Positions 19,190-27,660 are shown, numbered from the stretch's first letter. The stretch is 45,639 nt of DNA from Paracoccaceae bacterium (GCA_049662025.1 JBATAV010000419.1:1-45639), one strand, 5' to 3'. The notes: generated by a model from the letters alone, not told the origin. A program made the numbers and translations.

Positions 19190-19226
19190 CGCTGCCCGGC
19201 AGCGCATGCGTGCATGCGCGAGAGGG
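19190..19226 (+). repeat. Hairpin micro-insertion, class A copy 3 (37 bp)
   Basis: CGCTGCCCGGCAG-CGCATGC-GT-GCATGCG-CGAGAGGG within IAP-GKP. Confidence 0.9.
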
Positions 19227-19460
19227 GGGCAAGCCCATGCAGAACGGTTTCATCGAGAGCTTCAACGGGCGGTTCAGGGATGAGCTGCTCAATGAGACGC
19301 TGTTTTCAACACTCGGCCAGGCCCGGCAACAGATCGGGAACTGGCAGCACGACGACAACCACAACCGCCCGCACTCCGGCCTCGGGAACATCCCGCCAGC
19401 CGAGTTCGTGGCAAAGAAGGGGCTGGAAATGCGCGCCGCGTAGCCCCAGAAATCAACCCG

Positions 19461-19502
19461 CGGATTCTCCGATGAACCGGAGGAGAGATGGGTCTCAGGT
19501 CA
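19461..19502 (-). repeat. IS right inverted repeat
   Basis: Reverse complement TGACCTGAGACCCATCTCTCCTCCGGTTCATCGGAGAATCCG matches the left IR. Confidence 0.9.
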
Positions 19503-19609
19503 CTGGGAAAGCCATTTTCGATCCGACTTGGGTCGGGGATGGCCCAGCGATCCTGACGTTGCAGTCTGCGTTTGACTCGAATCCGAACACGGGTTCGAAT
19601 GGAGCGTGC

Positions 19610-20920
19610 TCAGGTTCTGAGACAGGCCTGAAGCCGGGCGAAGCTGGCCTCTGGCCCACCAGCGGGCGCGTCCTCGGCCAGGAACCCATCCAGCATTGGC
19701 CAAAGCCGAATCGCCCGGTCTACCGCGTGGTCGGTGCCTTGAACGTAGAGCCCTGCCTGCACCATCATCTCAGCCCGGTCGTAAGCGCCCAGAGTACGGC
19801 GAGCGTCGGCTATCAGGTCGTTTTCGGCGCTGTTTGCAGCCTCGGGCAGGCTACGTGAAACAGATCGCAACAGATCGATCGCCGGATAGCGACCGCGTTC
19901 GGCTATCTTTCGGTCCAGCACGACATGACCGTCAAGCGTGCCGCGAATGATGTCGGCCACCGGCTCTTCCATGTCGGACCCGGCGACAAGGACGGAGAAC
20001 ACCGCCGTGATATCCCCGGCATCGCCAGCACCAGGGCCTGCACGTTCGGCCAGAGCCATGATCGAATGCGCGGTCGAGGGCGGATAGCCCCGCAAAGAAG
20101 CGGATTCGCCTGAAGCGAGCGAAACCTCGCGATGGGCTTCGGCGTAGCGGGAGACGGAATCGACCAGCAGCAGGACGTGCAGGCCCTGATCCCGAAAATG
20201 TTCGGCCACCGCCATGGCCGACAACGCACAGCGGCGACGCATCAGCGGTGATTGATCGGAGGTGGCGGTGATGACCACGCTTCGGGCCATACCCTCTCGG
20301 CCCAACACCCGCTCGGTGAAATCGCGCAACTCTCGCCCGCGCTCTCCGACCAGGGCGATCACCGCGACATCAGCAGCGACGCCACGCGCGAACTTCGCCA
20401 GTAGCGAGGATTTTCCTACACCCGACCCGGCGAAGAGGCCGATCCGCTGGCCGCGCACGAGTGGCAGCAGCGTGTCGAAGACGGCGACGCTGGTGGAGAG
20501 CCGTTCGCCCATCGGTCGGCGTTCGGCGGCCGGGGGCGGTGCACCGGTCATGGCGCGGCGAAGTGGCCCGCGCATCAGCGGCCGCCCATCCAACGGTCGA
20601 CCGATCGGGTCGATGATCCGGCCCAACCAGCTTGCATCCGGGGCAATTGTTGCGGGACCGATCAGCTCTACCCGAGCACCGATTGTCAAACCCTCAGGGT
20701 CATCCTCCGGCAGGATGGTAGCGCCGATTCTGGAGAGGCGGACGATTTCCCCGCCCAGCATGCCGGCCCCAGTCTCTGCCACAACCCTGTCACCCAGCGC
20801 TGCCGCGCCAAGACCGGTGACGGTAAAGGTGCCGCGACCGGTTTCGGACACCCGACCGACCGCGCGGACAGGCTCCAACTCGGCGATTTCAGCCCTGAGG
20901 CCATCGAAGATGCCGGCCAC
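19610..20920 (-). CDS. fliI: Flagellar export ATPase FliI
   Basis: RGQRIGLFAGSGVGKS, ALVGERGRE, DSVSRYA, GYPPS, LDGHVVLDR, GRYPAID; probable GTG start at 20920. Confidence 0.96.
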   Translation of the reverse strand: MAGIFDGLRAEIAELEPVRAVGRVSETGRGTFTVTGLGAAALGDRVVAETGAGMLGGEIVRLSRIGATILPEDDPEGLTIGARVELIGPATIAPDASWLGRIIDPIGRPLDGRPLMRGPLRRAMTGAPPPAAERRPMGERLSTSVAVFDTLLPLVRGQRIGLFAGSGVGKSSLLAKFARGVAADVAVIALVGERGRELRDFTERVLGREGMARSVVITATSDQSPLMRRRCALSAMAVAEHFRDQGLHVLLLVDSVSRYAEAHREVSLASGESASLRGYPPSTAHSIMALAERAGPGAGDAGDITAVFSVLVAGSDMEEPVADIIRGTLDGHVVLDRKIAERGRYPAIDLLRSVSRSLPEAANSAENDLIADARRTLGAYDRAEMMVQAGLYVQGTDHAVDRAIRLWPMLDGFLAEDAPAGGPEASFARLQACLRT

Positions 20921-20967
20921 GTCGATCCCCTTTTGTTCACTGCTTACCCTTTCTAAAGGAATCACCC

Positions 20968-20982
20968 TTAAGTCTTGGTGAA
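20968..20982. promoter_or_regulatory. CtrA-like box in the fliI/flgB divergent region
   Basis: TTAA-GTCTTGG-TGAA (1 mismatch). Confidence 0.55.
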
Positions 20983-21004
20983 GCAAATCGAGGGAGAAGC
21001 CCCG

Positions 21005-21385
21005 ATGTTCGAGAAACTGGAACTTACCAGAATGGCACAGGCGCTGGCGGCCCATGCGGGAAGCCGGATGGGGGTGATCGCGAAGAACATCGCGCACGCC
21101 GACACGCCTGGCTTCAAGGCGCAGGATATCGCTGATTTTGCCTCGGTCTGGCAAGACAGTGGCGAACCGATGCGCACCACCCGCCCTGGCCACATCACTG
21201 AACCCTCCGGCATGTCGGCCGCTGTTCCCTTTGACAGCGGCGGGTCCGAAGCGCCCAACGGCAACTCGGTTTCGCTGGAAAAGGAGATGGTGAAATCCGT
21301 CGAGGCCCGACAGGAGCACGAGATGGCCCTGGCAATCTATCGCACCACCGCCGAGGTCATTCGTGCCTCACTTGGCCGTAAATAG
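21005..21385 (+). CDS. flgB: Basal-body rod protein FlgB
   Basis: IAKNIAHADTPGFKAQD, PNGNSVSLEKEM. Confidence 0.93.
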   Translation: MFEKLELTRMAQALAAHAGSRMGVIAKNIAHADTPGFKAQDIADFASVWQDSGEPMRTTRPGHITEPSGMSAAVPFDSGGSEAPNGNSVSLEKEMVKSVEARQEHEMALAIYRTTAEVIRASLGRK

Positions 21386-21394
21386 GGGGCGTAG

Positions 21395-21775
21395 ATGAGC
21401 GACCTGATCACTTCATTGTCTTTTGCGGCCTCGGGGATGGAAGCGCAGGCGACCCGTTTGCGGCATGTGTCCGAGAATATCGCCAACGTCGATACGCCCG
21501 GTTACCACCGCAAGGTGATGTCCTTTGACGAAGCCATGGACACCGGCCTTGTCGAAGCCGGCCCGGTTCAGCTGGACCAGTCCGAGCTGGTCAAGATCTA
21601 TGACCCGGGCAACCCGCTAGCCGACGAGACCGGGAATTATGACGGATCCAACGTCGATCTTGTGATCGAGATCGCGGACGCGCGCGAAGCGCAGCGCAGC
21701 TATGAGGCGAACCTCAAACTTTTCGATCAGGCGCGGCAAATGACGCAAAGCCTGTTCGATTTATTGCGGCGATAA
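21395..21775 (+). CDS. flgC: Basal-body rod protein FlgC
   Basis: AASGMEAQ..RL..VSENIANVDTPGY, YDPGNPLAD, AQRSYEANL. Confidence 0.95.
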   Translation: MSDLITSLSFAASGMEAQATRLRHVSENIANVDTPGYHRKVMSFDEAMDTGLVEAGPVQLDQSELVKIYDPGNPLADETGNYDGSNVDLVIEIADAREAQRSYEANLKLFDQARQMTQSLFDLLRR

Positions 21776-21788
21776 GGAGAATCCCTGA

Positions 21789-22079
21789 ATGGACGTGAAA
21801 AGCTCTTTCGCCGCACAGACCTATGCGCAGGCCAGAACGGCCGCAGCGCCAAAGCCCGGCACTGCCGAAAGCGGCGGAAGCCTGGGCCAGTTCGCCAGCA
21901 GCTTTACCGAAGCGCTGATGAACCACGAAGCGACGGCCCGCGCCGCCATGACCGGCGGCGCGGATCCCCATGCCCTTGTCGAAGCGCTGGCCTCGTCGCA
22001 GTTGGCAGTGGAAACCGTCGCCACGGTGCGCGACCGGGTGGTCGAGGCCTATCAGGAAATCCTGAGGATGCCGATATGA
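21789..22079 (+). CDS. fliE: Hook-basal body protein FliE
   Basis: C-terminal VRDRVVEAYQEILRMPI. Confidence 0.93.
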   Translation: MDVKSSFAAQTYAQARTAAAPKPGTAESGGSLGQFASSFTEALMNHEATARAAMTGGADPHALVEALASSQLAVETVATVRDRVVEAYQEILRMPI

Positions 22080-22342
22080 CCGAAGCGGCGATCTTCGACG
22101 TGCTGCGACAGGGGCTGTGGGTCGCCACGATGATCTCGGCGCCGTTGCTGACGGTGGCTCTGGTTGCGGGCGTCGCGATCGGCCTTCTGCAGGCGCTGAC
22201 TTCGGTTCAGGAAATGACTCTGACCTTCGTGCCCAAGGTGGCGGCGATGCTGGCGGTGTTCTGGGTCTCGATGAGCTTCATGACCTCGACGCTGGTGGCC
22301 TTTTTCACCGACACGATCATTCCGAAGATTGCGGGGGGTTGA
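22076..22342 (+). CDS. fliQ: Export apparatus protein FliQ
   Basis: GLLQALTSVQEMTLTFVPK. Confidence 0.96.
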   Translation: MTEAAIFDVLRQGLWVATMISAPLLTVALVAGVAIGLLQALTSVQEMTLTFVPKVAAMLAVFWVSMSFMTSTLVAFFTDTIIPKIAGG

Positions 22343-22345
22343 GCC

Positions 22346-23056
22346 ATGGATGCGGCTGGATATACTGCGCTGAGCCGCCAATCCGGCCTGATGCGCGAAA
22401 TGCAGATGGTGGCGAACAACATCGCCAACATCTCGACCAGCGGTTTTCGCCGCGAGGGCATGGTTTTCGCCGAACATGTGTTCGGAATGGACGAAGAACC
22501 TTCGCTTTCGATGGCAAACGGCAATGCTCGCGTCGTCGACATTTCGCAGGCCGGACTGACGATGACGGGCGGCAGCTTTGACTTCGCGATTCAGGGCGAC
22601 GGGTTCTTCCTGATCGAGACGCCGCAGGGTAACCGCCTGACCCGCTCTGGCAGTTTTACCCCGTCGGCTACGGGTGAGTTGGTCGATTCCGACGGTCAAC
22701 GGCTGCTGGATGCTGGCGGTGCCCCGGTCTTCGTGCCCCCCGATGCCGGGCCGGTCAGCCTGTCGGAAGACGGCACCCTTTCGGCCGGGGGTACACCGCT
22801 GGCGCAGATCGGGCTTTGGATGCCAGCCGATCCGATGACGCTGCGCCACCAGTCGGGCACGCTGTTCGACGCCGGCGCCGTGGAGCCCGCCCAAGGCGCC
22901 AAGATCTTTCAGGGGTTTCTGGAGGACAGCAACGTCAACCCGGTGTCCGAGATTGCCCGGATGATCGAAGTGCAGCGCGCCTATGAGCTTGGCCAGAAAT
23001 TCCTTGATGCCGAGGATGGCCGGGCGCGCAGCGTGATCGAAACCCTTGGACGCTGA
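22346..23056 (+). CDS. flgF: Basal-body rod protein FlgF
   Basis: VANNIANISTSGFR, DFAIQGDGFF, LTRSGSF, LEDSNVNPV; precedes flgG. Confidence 0.92.
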   Translation: MDAAGYTALSRQSGLMREMQMVANNIANISTSGFRREGMVFAEHVFGMDEEPSLSMANGNARVVDISQAGLTMTGGSFDFAIQGDGFFLIETPQGNRLTRSGSFTPSATGELVDSDGQRLLDAGGAPVFVPPDAGPVSLSEDGTLSAGGTPLAQIGLWMPADPMTLRHQSGTLFDAGAVEPAQGAKIFQGFLEDSNVNPVSEIARMIEVQRAYELGQKFLDAEDGRARSVIETLGR

Positions 23057-23064
23057 GGACCAGG

Positions 23065-23850
23065 ATGAAAGCCCTACAGATCGCCGCGACCGGAATGGCT
23101 GCCCAGCAGATGAAGGTCGACGTGGTGTCGAACAACCTCGCCAACATGTCGACCACCGGCTACAACGCCCGCCGCGCGGATTTCGCTGACCTGCATTATC
23201 AGCAGATGGCGCGGCCCGGAACGGTCTCGGCCGCAGATGGTACCATGCTGCCGACCGGGGTGCAGATCGGCCTTGGCGTGCGTCCGGCCGCAGTTTCGGT
23301 TGTTCTGGCGCAGGGCACGCTGACTGCGACCAATGGCGATCTGGATGTGGCTATCGAGGGGCCAGGATATCTGGAAGTGACAATGCCATCAGGGGGCGCT
23401 GGCTACACCCGCGACGGATCGCTGAAACGTTCGCCGGACGGGCAGATCGTCACCGCAGACGGCTTTCCGGTTGCGCCCGGAATCACCATTCCTTCCGACA
23501 CACGCAGCCTTGCGATCAACGCCTCGGGCGAGGTCTATGCCTATTTCGACGGCGTCGTGCAGCCCCAGCTTCTGGGCCAGCTGACGCTGACCGGCTTTAC
23601 CAATGAAAAGGGGCTTGAGGCGATCGGCTCCAACCTGTTTCTGGAAACGCCCGCGTCGGGGCCACCTTTGACAGGCGCTCCGGGCACGACCGGGCTTGGC
23701 ACCGTGCGGCAGGGCTACCTTGAGGAGAGCTCGGTCGATCCGGTGCGCGAAGTGACCGAACTGATCAAGGCTCAGCGCGGATATGAACTGAACGCCAAGG
23801 TCATCACGGCCGCCGACCAGATGTTGGCAGCAACGACGCAGGTCCGCTGA
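23065..23850 (+). CDS. flgG: Distal rod protein FlgG
   Basis: AATGMAAQQ...NNLANMSTTGY, PTGVQIGLGV, YTRDGS, AQRGYELN. Confidence 0.96.
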   Translation: MKALQIAATGMAAQQMKVDVVSNNLANMSTTGYNARRADFADLHYQQMARPGTVSAADGTMLPTGVQIGLGVRPAAVSVVLAQGTLTATNGDLDVAIEGPGYLEVTMPSGGAGYTRDGSLKRSPDGQIVTADGFPVAPGITIPSDTRSLAINASGEVYAYFDGVVQPQLLGQLTLTGFTNEKGLEAIGSNLFLETPASGPPLTGAPGTTGLGTVRQGYLEESSVDPVREVTELIKAQRGYELNAKVITAADQMLAATTQVR

Positions 23851-24275
23851 TGTGGTTGCGAATCGGAATCTTGCTAGCACTTTCTACCTCGGCGGCGATG
23901 GCCGATAGTGTAGTCGCCGTGCGCACCCTGCCCGCGCAAACTGTCGTGCAGGAGGGCGACGTCGCGCTGGTGGATGCTGAAATCGATGGCGCACTGACCG
24001 AGATCGGCCCCGCACTGGGGCAAGAGGTGAAGATAACGGTCTACGCCGGGCGGCCTTTGCGGCCTTCCGATCTTGGCACACCGACCCTGGTAGAGCGCAA
24101 CCAGATCGTGAACCTCGTCTACATGTCGGGCACGCTGACCATTCTGGCGGATGGCCGTGCCCTGACACGCGGCGCCGAAGGTGACGTGATCCGCGTGATG
24201 AACCTTGCTTCAAAAACCACTGTCTCGGGCCGTATCGCCCCGGATGGTCGCATCCTTGTTGGAGACCTGAATTGA
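23850..24275 (+). CDS. flgA: P-ring formation chaperone FlgA
   Basis: Signal peptide, SAF-like region, GRAL..GAEGDVIRVMNLAS; between flgG and flgH. Confidence 0.9.
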   Translation: MWLRIGILLALSTSAAMADSVVAVRTLPAQTVVQEGDVALVDAEIDGALTEIGPALGQEVKITVYAGRPLRPSDLGTPTLVERNQIVNLVYMSGTLTILADGRALTRGAEGDVIRVMNLASKTTVSGRIAPDGRILVGDLN

Positions 24276-25000
24276 GTCGTTTTTGCCGTTTCATTCCCGT
24301 TGCCATGCTGCTTGCTGCCTGCGGAGACCTTGGGCAAGTCGGGCGGGCGCCGGACTTCGACCCTCTGGAGGGCAGCTATGAGCATCATTCGCTCTACTCT
24401 TCGCAGATGCCCAAGAGCGCGGATCCCAACTCCCCAACCGATGCCTCGTCGCTTTGGACTGGAGAGACCGGCTCCTTGCTGGGCGACAACCGGGCAGCGC
24501 GGCGCGGTGACATCATGACGGTTGTGATCGAAATCGACGACAAGGCGGAGATCTCGAACAGCTCTGGCCGGACGCGGTCCGGATCGCAGAGTATGGGAAT
24601 TCCGTCGCTGTTCGGCATTCCGCAGCGGATCGACCAGTCGTTGCCCACCGGTGCCAGCATGGCTGATGCCGTGGACACGTCGTCCAAGTCGACCTTCAGC
24701 GGCAATGGCAGCGTCTCGCGCAAGGAAAAGCTGACGCTGCGCGTTGCGGCGACTGTGGTTGAAGAGCTTCCGAACGGCGTCTTGCGGATCGAGGGCCAGC
24801 AGGAAGTGCGCGTGAACTTCGAGATGCGGGTGCTGACGGTCACCGGCTATGTCCGGCCCGCCGATATCTCGCGTCAGAACGAGATCACTTACGACAAGAT
24901 CGCCGGGGCGCAGATTTCCTATGGCGGCAAAGGACAGATCACAGAGGTGCAGCAGCCCCGATATGGCCAGCAGATCACCGACATCGTGCTGCCGTTCTGA
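24272..25000 (+). CDS. flgH: L-ring protein FlgH
   Basis: Lipobox LAAC, DNRAARRGDIMTV, LPNGVLRIEG, GYVRPADI. Confidence 0.95.
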   Translation: MSRFCRFIPVAMLLAACGDLGQVGRAPDFDPLEGSYEHHSLYSSQMPKSADPNSPTDASSLWTGETGSLLGDNRAARRGDIMTVVIEIDDKAEISNSSGRTRSGSQSMGIPSLFGIPQRIDQSLPTGASMADAVDTSSKSTFSGNGSVSRKEKLTLRVAATVVEELPNGVLRIEGQQEVRVNFEMRVLTVTGYVRPADISRQNEITYDKIAGAQISYGGKGQITEVQQPRYGQQITDIVLPF

Positions 25001-25002
25001 TC

Positions 25003-25470
25003 ATGATCCGCAAACTCATCCCCATTCTCTTGGCGCTGGTCGGTCTCGGGGCGGGAATCGGCACCGGATTGTTCCTGCGACCACCGCCCGAAACACCCGT
25101 CGAAGTCGAGAAGGCTGCGGAACATGCCGCAGCCGAAAGCACTTCGCCGCCCGACTACGTAAAGCTGAACAACCAGTTCGTCGTGCCGATCATCGAGGGC
25201 GGTCGCGTAGCCTCGATGGTGGTCCTTTCACTGAGCCTTGAGGTGACTGCCGGGCATACCGAAGAGGTCTATTCGCGCGAGCCGAAGATCAGGGACGTCT
25301 TGCTTCAGGTTCTGTTCGATCATGCCAACAGTGGCGGATTTCGCGGCTCTTTCACGGACGGATCGAACCTTGTTCTGTTGCGCCGTGCCCTGAAGGAAAA
25401 GGCCATTGGCGTCTTGGGCGAAATCATCACCGATGTATTGATCACGGAAATCGCCCGTCAAGACAGTTGA
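25003..25470 (+). CDS. FliL-family basal-body-associated protein
   Basis: N-terminal TM, YVKLNNQFVVP, EPKIRDVLLQVLF, DVLITEI. Confidence 0.8.
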   Translation: MIRKLIPILLALVGLGAGIGTGLFLRPPPETPVEVEKAAEHAAAESTSPPDYVKLNNQFVVPIIEGGRVASMVVLSLSLEVTAGHTEEVYSREPKIRDVLLQVLFDHANSGGFRGSFTDGSNLVLLRRALKEKAIGVLGEIITDVLITEIARQDS

Positions 25471-25808
25471 CGTCGCGATCTCGTCGCCGAAATCTTCTCC
25501 AGCACCTGCTTGCGGCCAAAGGCCGTCCGGGTTTCCCCGGCGGCCTGATGACAGATTGCGGTCTGTGTCGCCAGCCGCAGGTTGATCTCGGCCCGCCGCC
25601 CCGCTGCCCATTGCTCATAGCCGAACCGGGCCATTTCCGGCGCCGGCCAAGGCAGCCCTTCTTCTGGCTGGCCCGCCTCGAGCGCGGCCAATTGAAAAAG
25701 CAGTTGGTCGCGCGCAGCATTGGCCTGACGCAGCGTTTGCGACCGGGCATCCATCACCAGGGATGCCATTTCCTGCAAGCGACGCAATCTCTCCCGATCC
25801 GAGTTCAT
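25458..25808 (-). CDS. Small coiled-coil protein, possibly FliJ-like
   Basis: 116 aa, helical, translationally coupled to flhB (4-bp overlap). Confidence 0.6.
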   Translation of the reverse strand: MNSDRERLRRLQEMASLVMDARSQTLRQANAARDQLLFQLAALEAGQPEEGLPWPAPEMARFGYEQWAAGRRAEINLRLATQTAICHQAAGETRTAFGRKQVLEKISATRSRRQLS

Positions 25809-26890
25809 TTGCGCCGAGCCTTCTTGCGCATCGCGTCAGAAAAGCGGATCGCCGCAGCCACGGCGGCATAGTGTTCCGGGCGGATGTCGCGACCGACCTC
25901 CACAGTTGCAAAGAGCGCACGGGCAGTTGGCGGGTCGCGACGAATCGGCACTCCGGCTGCCTGCGCGCGTTCACGGATGCGGGCGGCAATCTCATCGGTT
26001 CCCTTGGCTACACAGCGAGGCACACTGCCCTTCCCGCGGCTCCAGATCAGCGCGACGGCGTAGTGGGTTGGGTTGACGATAACAACATCGGCCTTTGGCA
26101 CATCGACCAGCATCCGGTTGGTGGCAATCTCCTGCGCCCGGCGCCGCCGATCCGCCTTCATGTGCGGGTCTCCCTCGCTTTCCTTGAATTCGTCCATCAT
26201 CTCCTTGCGAGTCATCCGATTGCGACGGGCGAACTCGGCCCGTTGCCACAGATAATCGGCCAGGCCAAAAGTGGCCGCGATGATCAGGAACAGCTTGAGG
26301 AAACCCATAATCCGATCTGCCAGCAGCATTGTTATCGGACCCGGCTCCATTCGGGTGGTCAGCAAGATGTCGCCTGAGGCGCCGCGGAGGTACGTTGCCA
26401 ACAATCCGGCCACTGCCAGCATCTTGGCGAAGCGCTTGGCAAACTCCACAAGGCCGGACCGTCCGAACTTCTGTTTGGCGTTCGACAGGATGGAAAGCCG
26501 CGAGAGTTTGAAGCCAAGCTTGGAGGGCGCGAATACAAGTGAGCGCGTGGCAATCAGGTATGCCGTCACCAATATGGCAGGCCCGGCCAACAAGAGTACA
26601 ACCGGACCAGCCATCTGCAGAGAAAGCCCGGAAATCTGCGCGGATGCGCCCTCGTGAAACAACTGGGCAATGCGGTCGGGCTGGTCGAGAAAGACCATCC
26701 CGGCCTCTCCGGCCGCACGAACGGCCCAGCCGCCAAACAGCAGCATCGCCAGAACCAGCCCGGTGAATCCGACGGCCGTCTGCAGATCTTCGGACCGGGC
26801 AATATCGCCCTGCTCACGGGCCTGAGCCAGCTTTCGTTCTGACGGAGCGTATTCCTTTTCGGCGTCGTCGTCTTCTGCACCTGCCATCAT
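25805..26890 (-). CDS. flhB: Export apparatus protein FlhB
   Basis: KESEGDP, autocleavage motif NPTH, VAKG.DEIA. Confidence 0.96.
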   Translation of the reverse strand: MMAGAEDDDAEKEYAPSERKLAQAREQGDIARSEDLQTAVGFTGLVLAMLLFGGWAVRAAGEAGMVFLDQPDRIAQLFHEGASAQISGLSLQMAGPVVLLLAGPAILVTAYLIATRSLVFAPSKLGFKLSRLSILSNAKQKFGRSGLVEFAKRFAKMLAVAGLLATYLRGASGDILLTTRMEPGPITMLLADRIMGFLKLFLIIAATFGLADYLWQRAEFARRNRMTRKEMMDEFKESEGDPHMKADRRRRAQEIATNRMLVDVPKADVVIVNPTHYAVALIWSRGKGSVPRCVAKGTDEIAARIRERAQAAGVPIRRDPPTARALFATVEVGRDIRPEHYAAVAAAIRFSDAMRKKARRK

Positions 26891-27660
26891 CAGCCTCCAA
26901 AGGGCCGATCAAGGGCGAGGTCAAGCGCCTCTTTCCAGACCGAAAGGATGATCGGTGAGGTGACGGCCAGAAGGACCAGCCCGCCTAGGGTCAGCACCGG
27001 GGCGCCAACCATGGTAACCATCAGCTGCGGCATGGCGCGATTGATCGCACCAAGTGCCAAGTTGTAAAGAAGTGCCGCAAGGACAAAGGGAGCGGCCAGT
27101 GAAAAGGCAAGGCCGAAGACGGCCGAGATGCGGCCCAGCCCCCATTCCGCCAGATCGGCGGCCGCCGGAAGCTGGCCCTGTGGAATCAAATCATAGGACA
27201 TGATCAAGAGGCCCGTTGCCCGGCTCAAGCCACCCATTGCGACAAAAAGGGCGAGCCCGGCCAGTACGAAGAGATTGGCAACGATCGGCTGCGGTTCTGG
27301 ACCAGTTCCGGCGAACATCTGGGCCAGCGAGGTCGATTGTGCCACGATCGTACCGGCGGTCTGCAGCCCCAGGACAAGCAAGCGAAGACCAAAGCCGATG
27401 ATCAGCCCGGCCGCCGCCTCTGTCGCCAGCGGACCAAGAAGCCCGGTCGGCAGTTGCGATTGGCCCGCTACCGCAGGCGCAACGATGGCTGTCAGGGCGA
27501 CGGCGACGGCCAATTTCACCCGTTGTGGGACCATTTGTTCCCCGATCGCCGGGATCAGAGCGACGGCTGCCCCGACACGCAGGAAGACGAGCGCCGCTTG
27601 CCAGATAAAATCTTCCGCAACGCCAGACATTTGCGACAGGGCGGCAATTACCCCGTTCAT
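26890..27660 (-). CDS. fliR: Export apparatus protein FliR
   Basis: FLRVGA...P.IGE..VP.RVK, SLAAPF, GAINRAMPQL. Confidence 0.94.
   Translation of the reverse strand: MNGVIAALSQMSGVAEDFIWQAALVFLRVGAAVALIPAIGEQMVPQRVKLAVAVALTAIVAPAVAGQSQLPTGLLGPLATEAAAGLIIGFGLRLLVLGLQTAGTIVAQSTSLAQMFAGTGPEPQPIVANLFVLAGLALFVAMGGLSRATGLLIMSYDLIPQGQLPAAADLAEWGLGRISAVFGLAFSLAAPFVLAALLYNLALGAINRAMPQLMVTMVGAPVLTLGGLVLLAVTSPIILSVWKEALDLALDRPFGG

Larger units (their letters stand above)
18529..19443 (+). pseudogene. IS3 OrfB (DDE transposase) broken by two insertions
   Basis: MVAPGVRREAV...RRFGY|RIHVML...WSLDFVSD...VSDNGTEL...[28 protein letters not shown]; 279 aa after removing 38+37 bp. Confidence 0.93.
18089..19502 (+). 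mobile_element. IS3-family (IS407-group-like) insertion sequence, inactivated by five hairpin insertions
   Basis: 5'-TG...CA-3' ends, ~42-bp imperfect IRs, orfA/orfB arrangement with an A7 overlap, DDE domain; 1414 bp, 1223 bp after removing the inserts. Confidence 0.95.

Noticed and set aside
18189..19226. Hairpin inserts as a CRISPR array or integron attC sites
   Set aside because: Irregular spacing, intervening DNA is continuous transposase sequence, no cas or intI gene, no GTTRRRY/RYYYAAC cores
18379..19443. Track ORFs 18379-18774, 18513-19283 and 19210-19443 as separate genes
   Set aside because: They are frame-shifted fragments of IS orfA/orfB created by the insertions
20292..20300. 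CCCTCTCGG, reverse complement of the class A right end, inside fliI
   Set aside because: No left end or stem; encodes ordinary GREG residues
20921..21319. N-terminal extension of FliI in the ORF track
   Set aside because: Overlaps flgB on the opposite strand and the divergent promoter region
25247..25256. CTGCCGGGCA, reverse complement of the class A left end, inside the FliL-family gene
   Set aside because: No hairpin or right end; reading frame undisturbed; chance match
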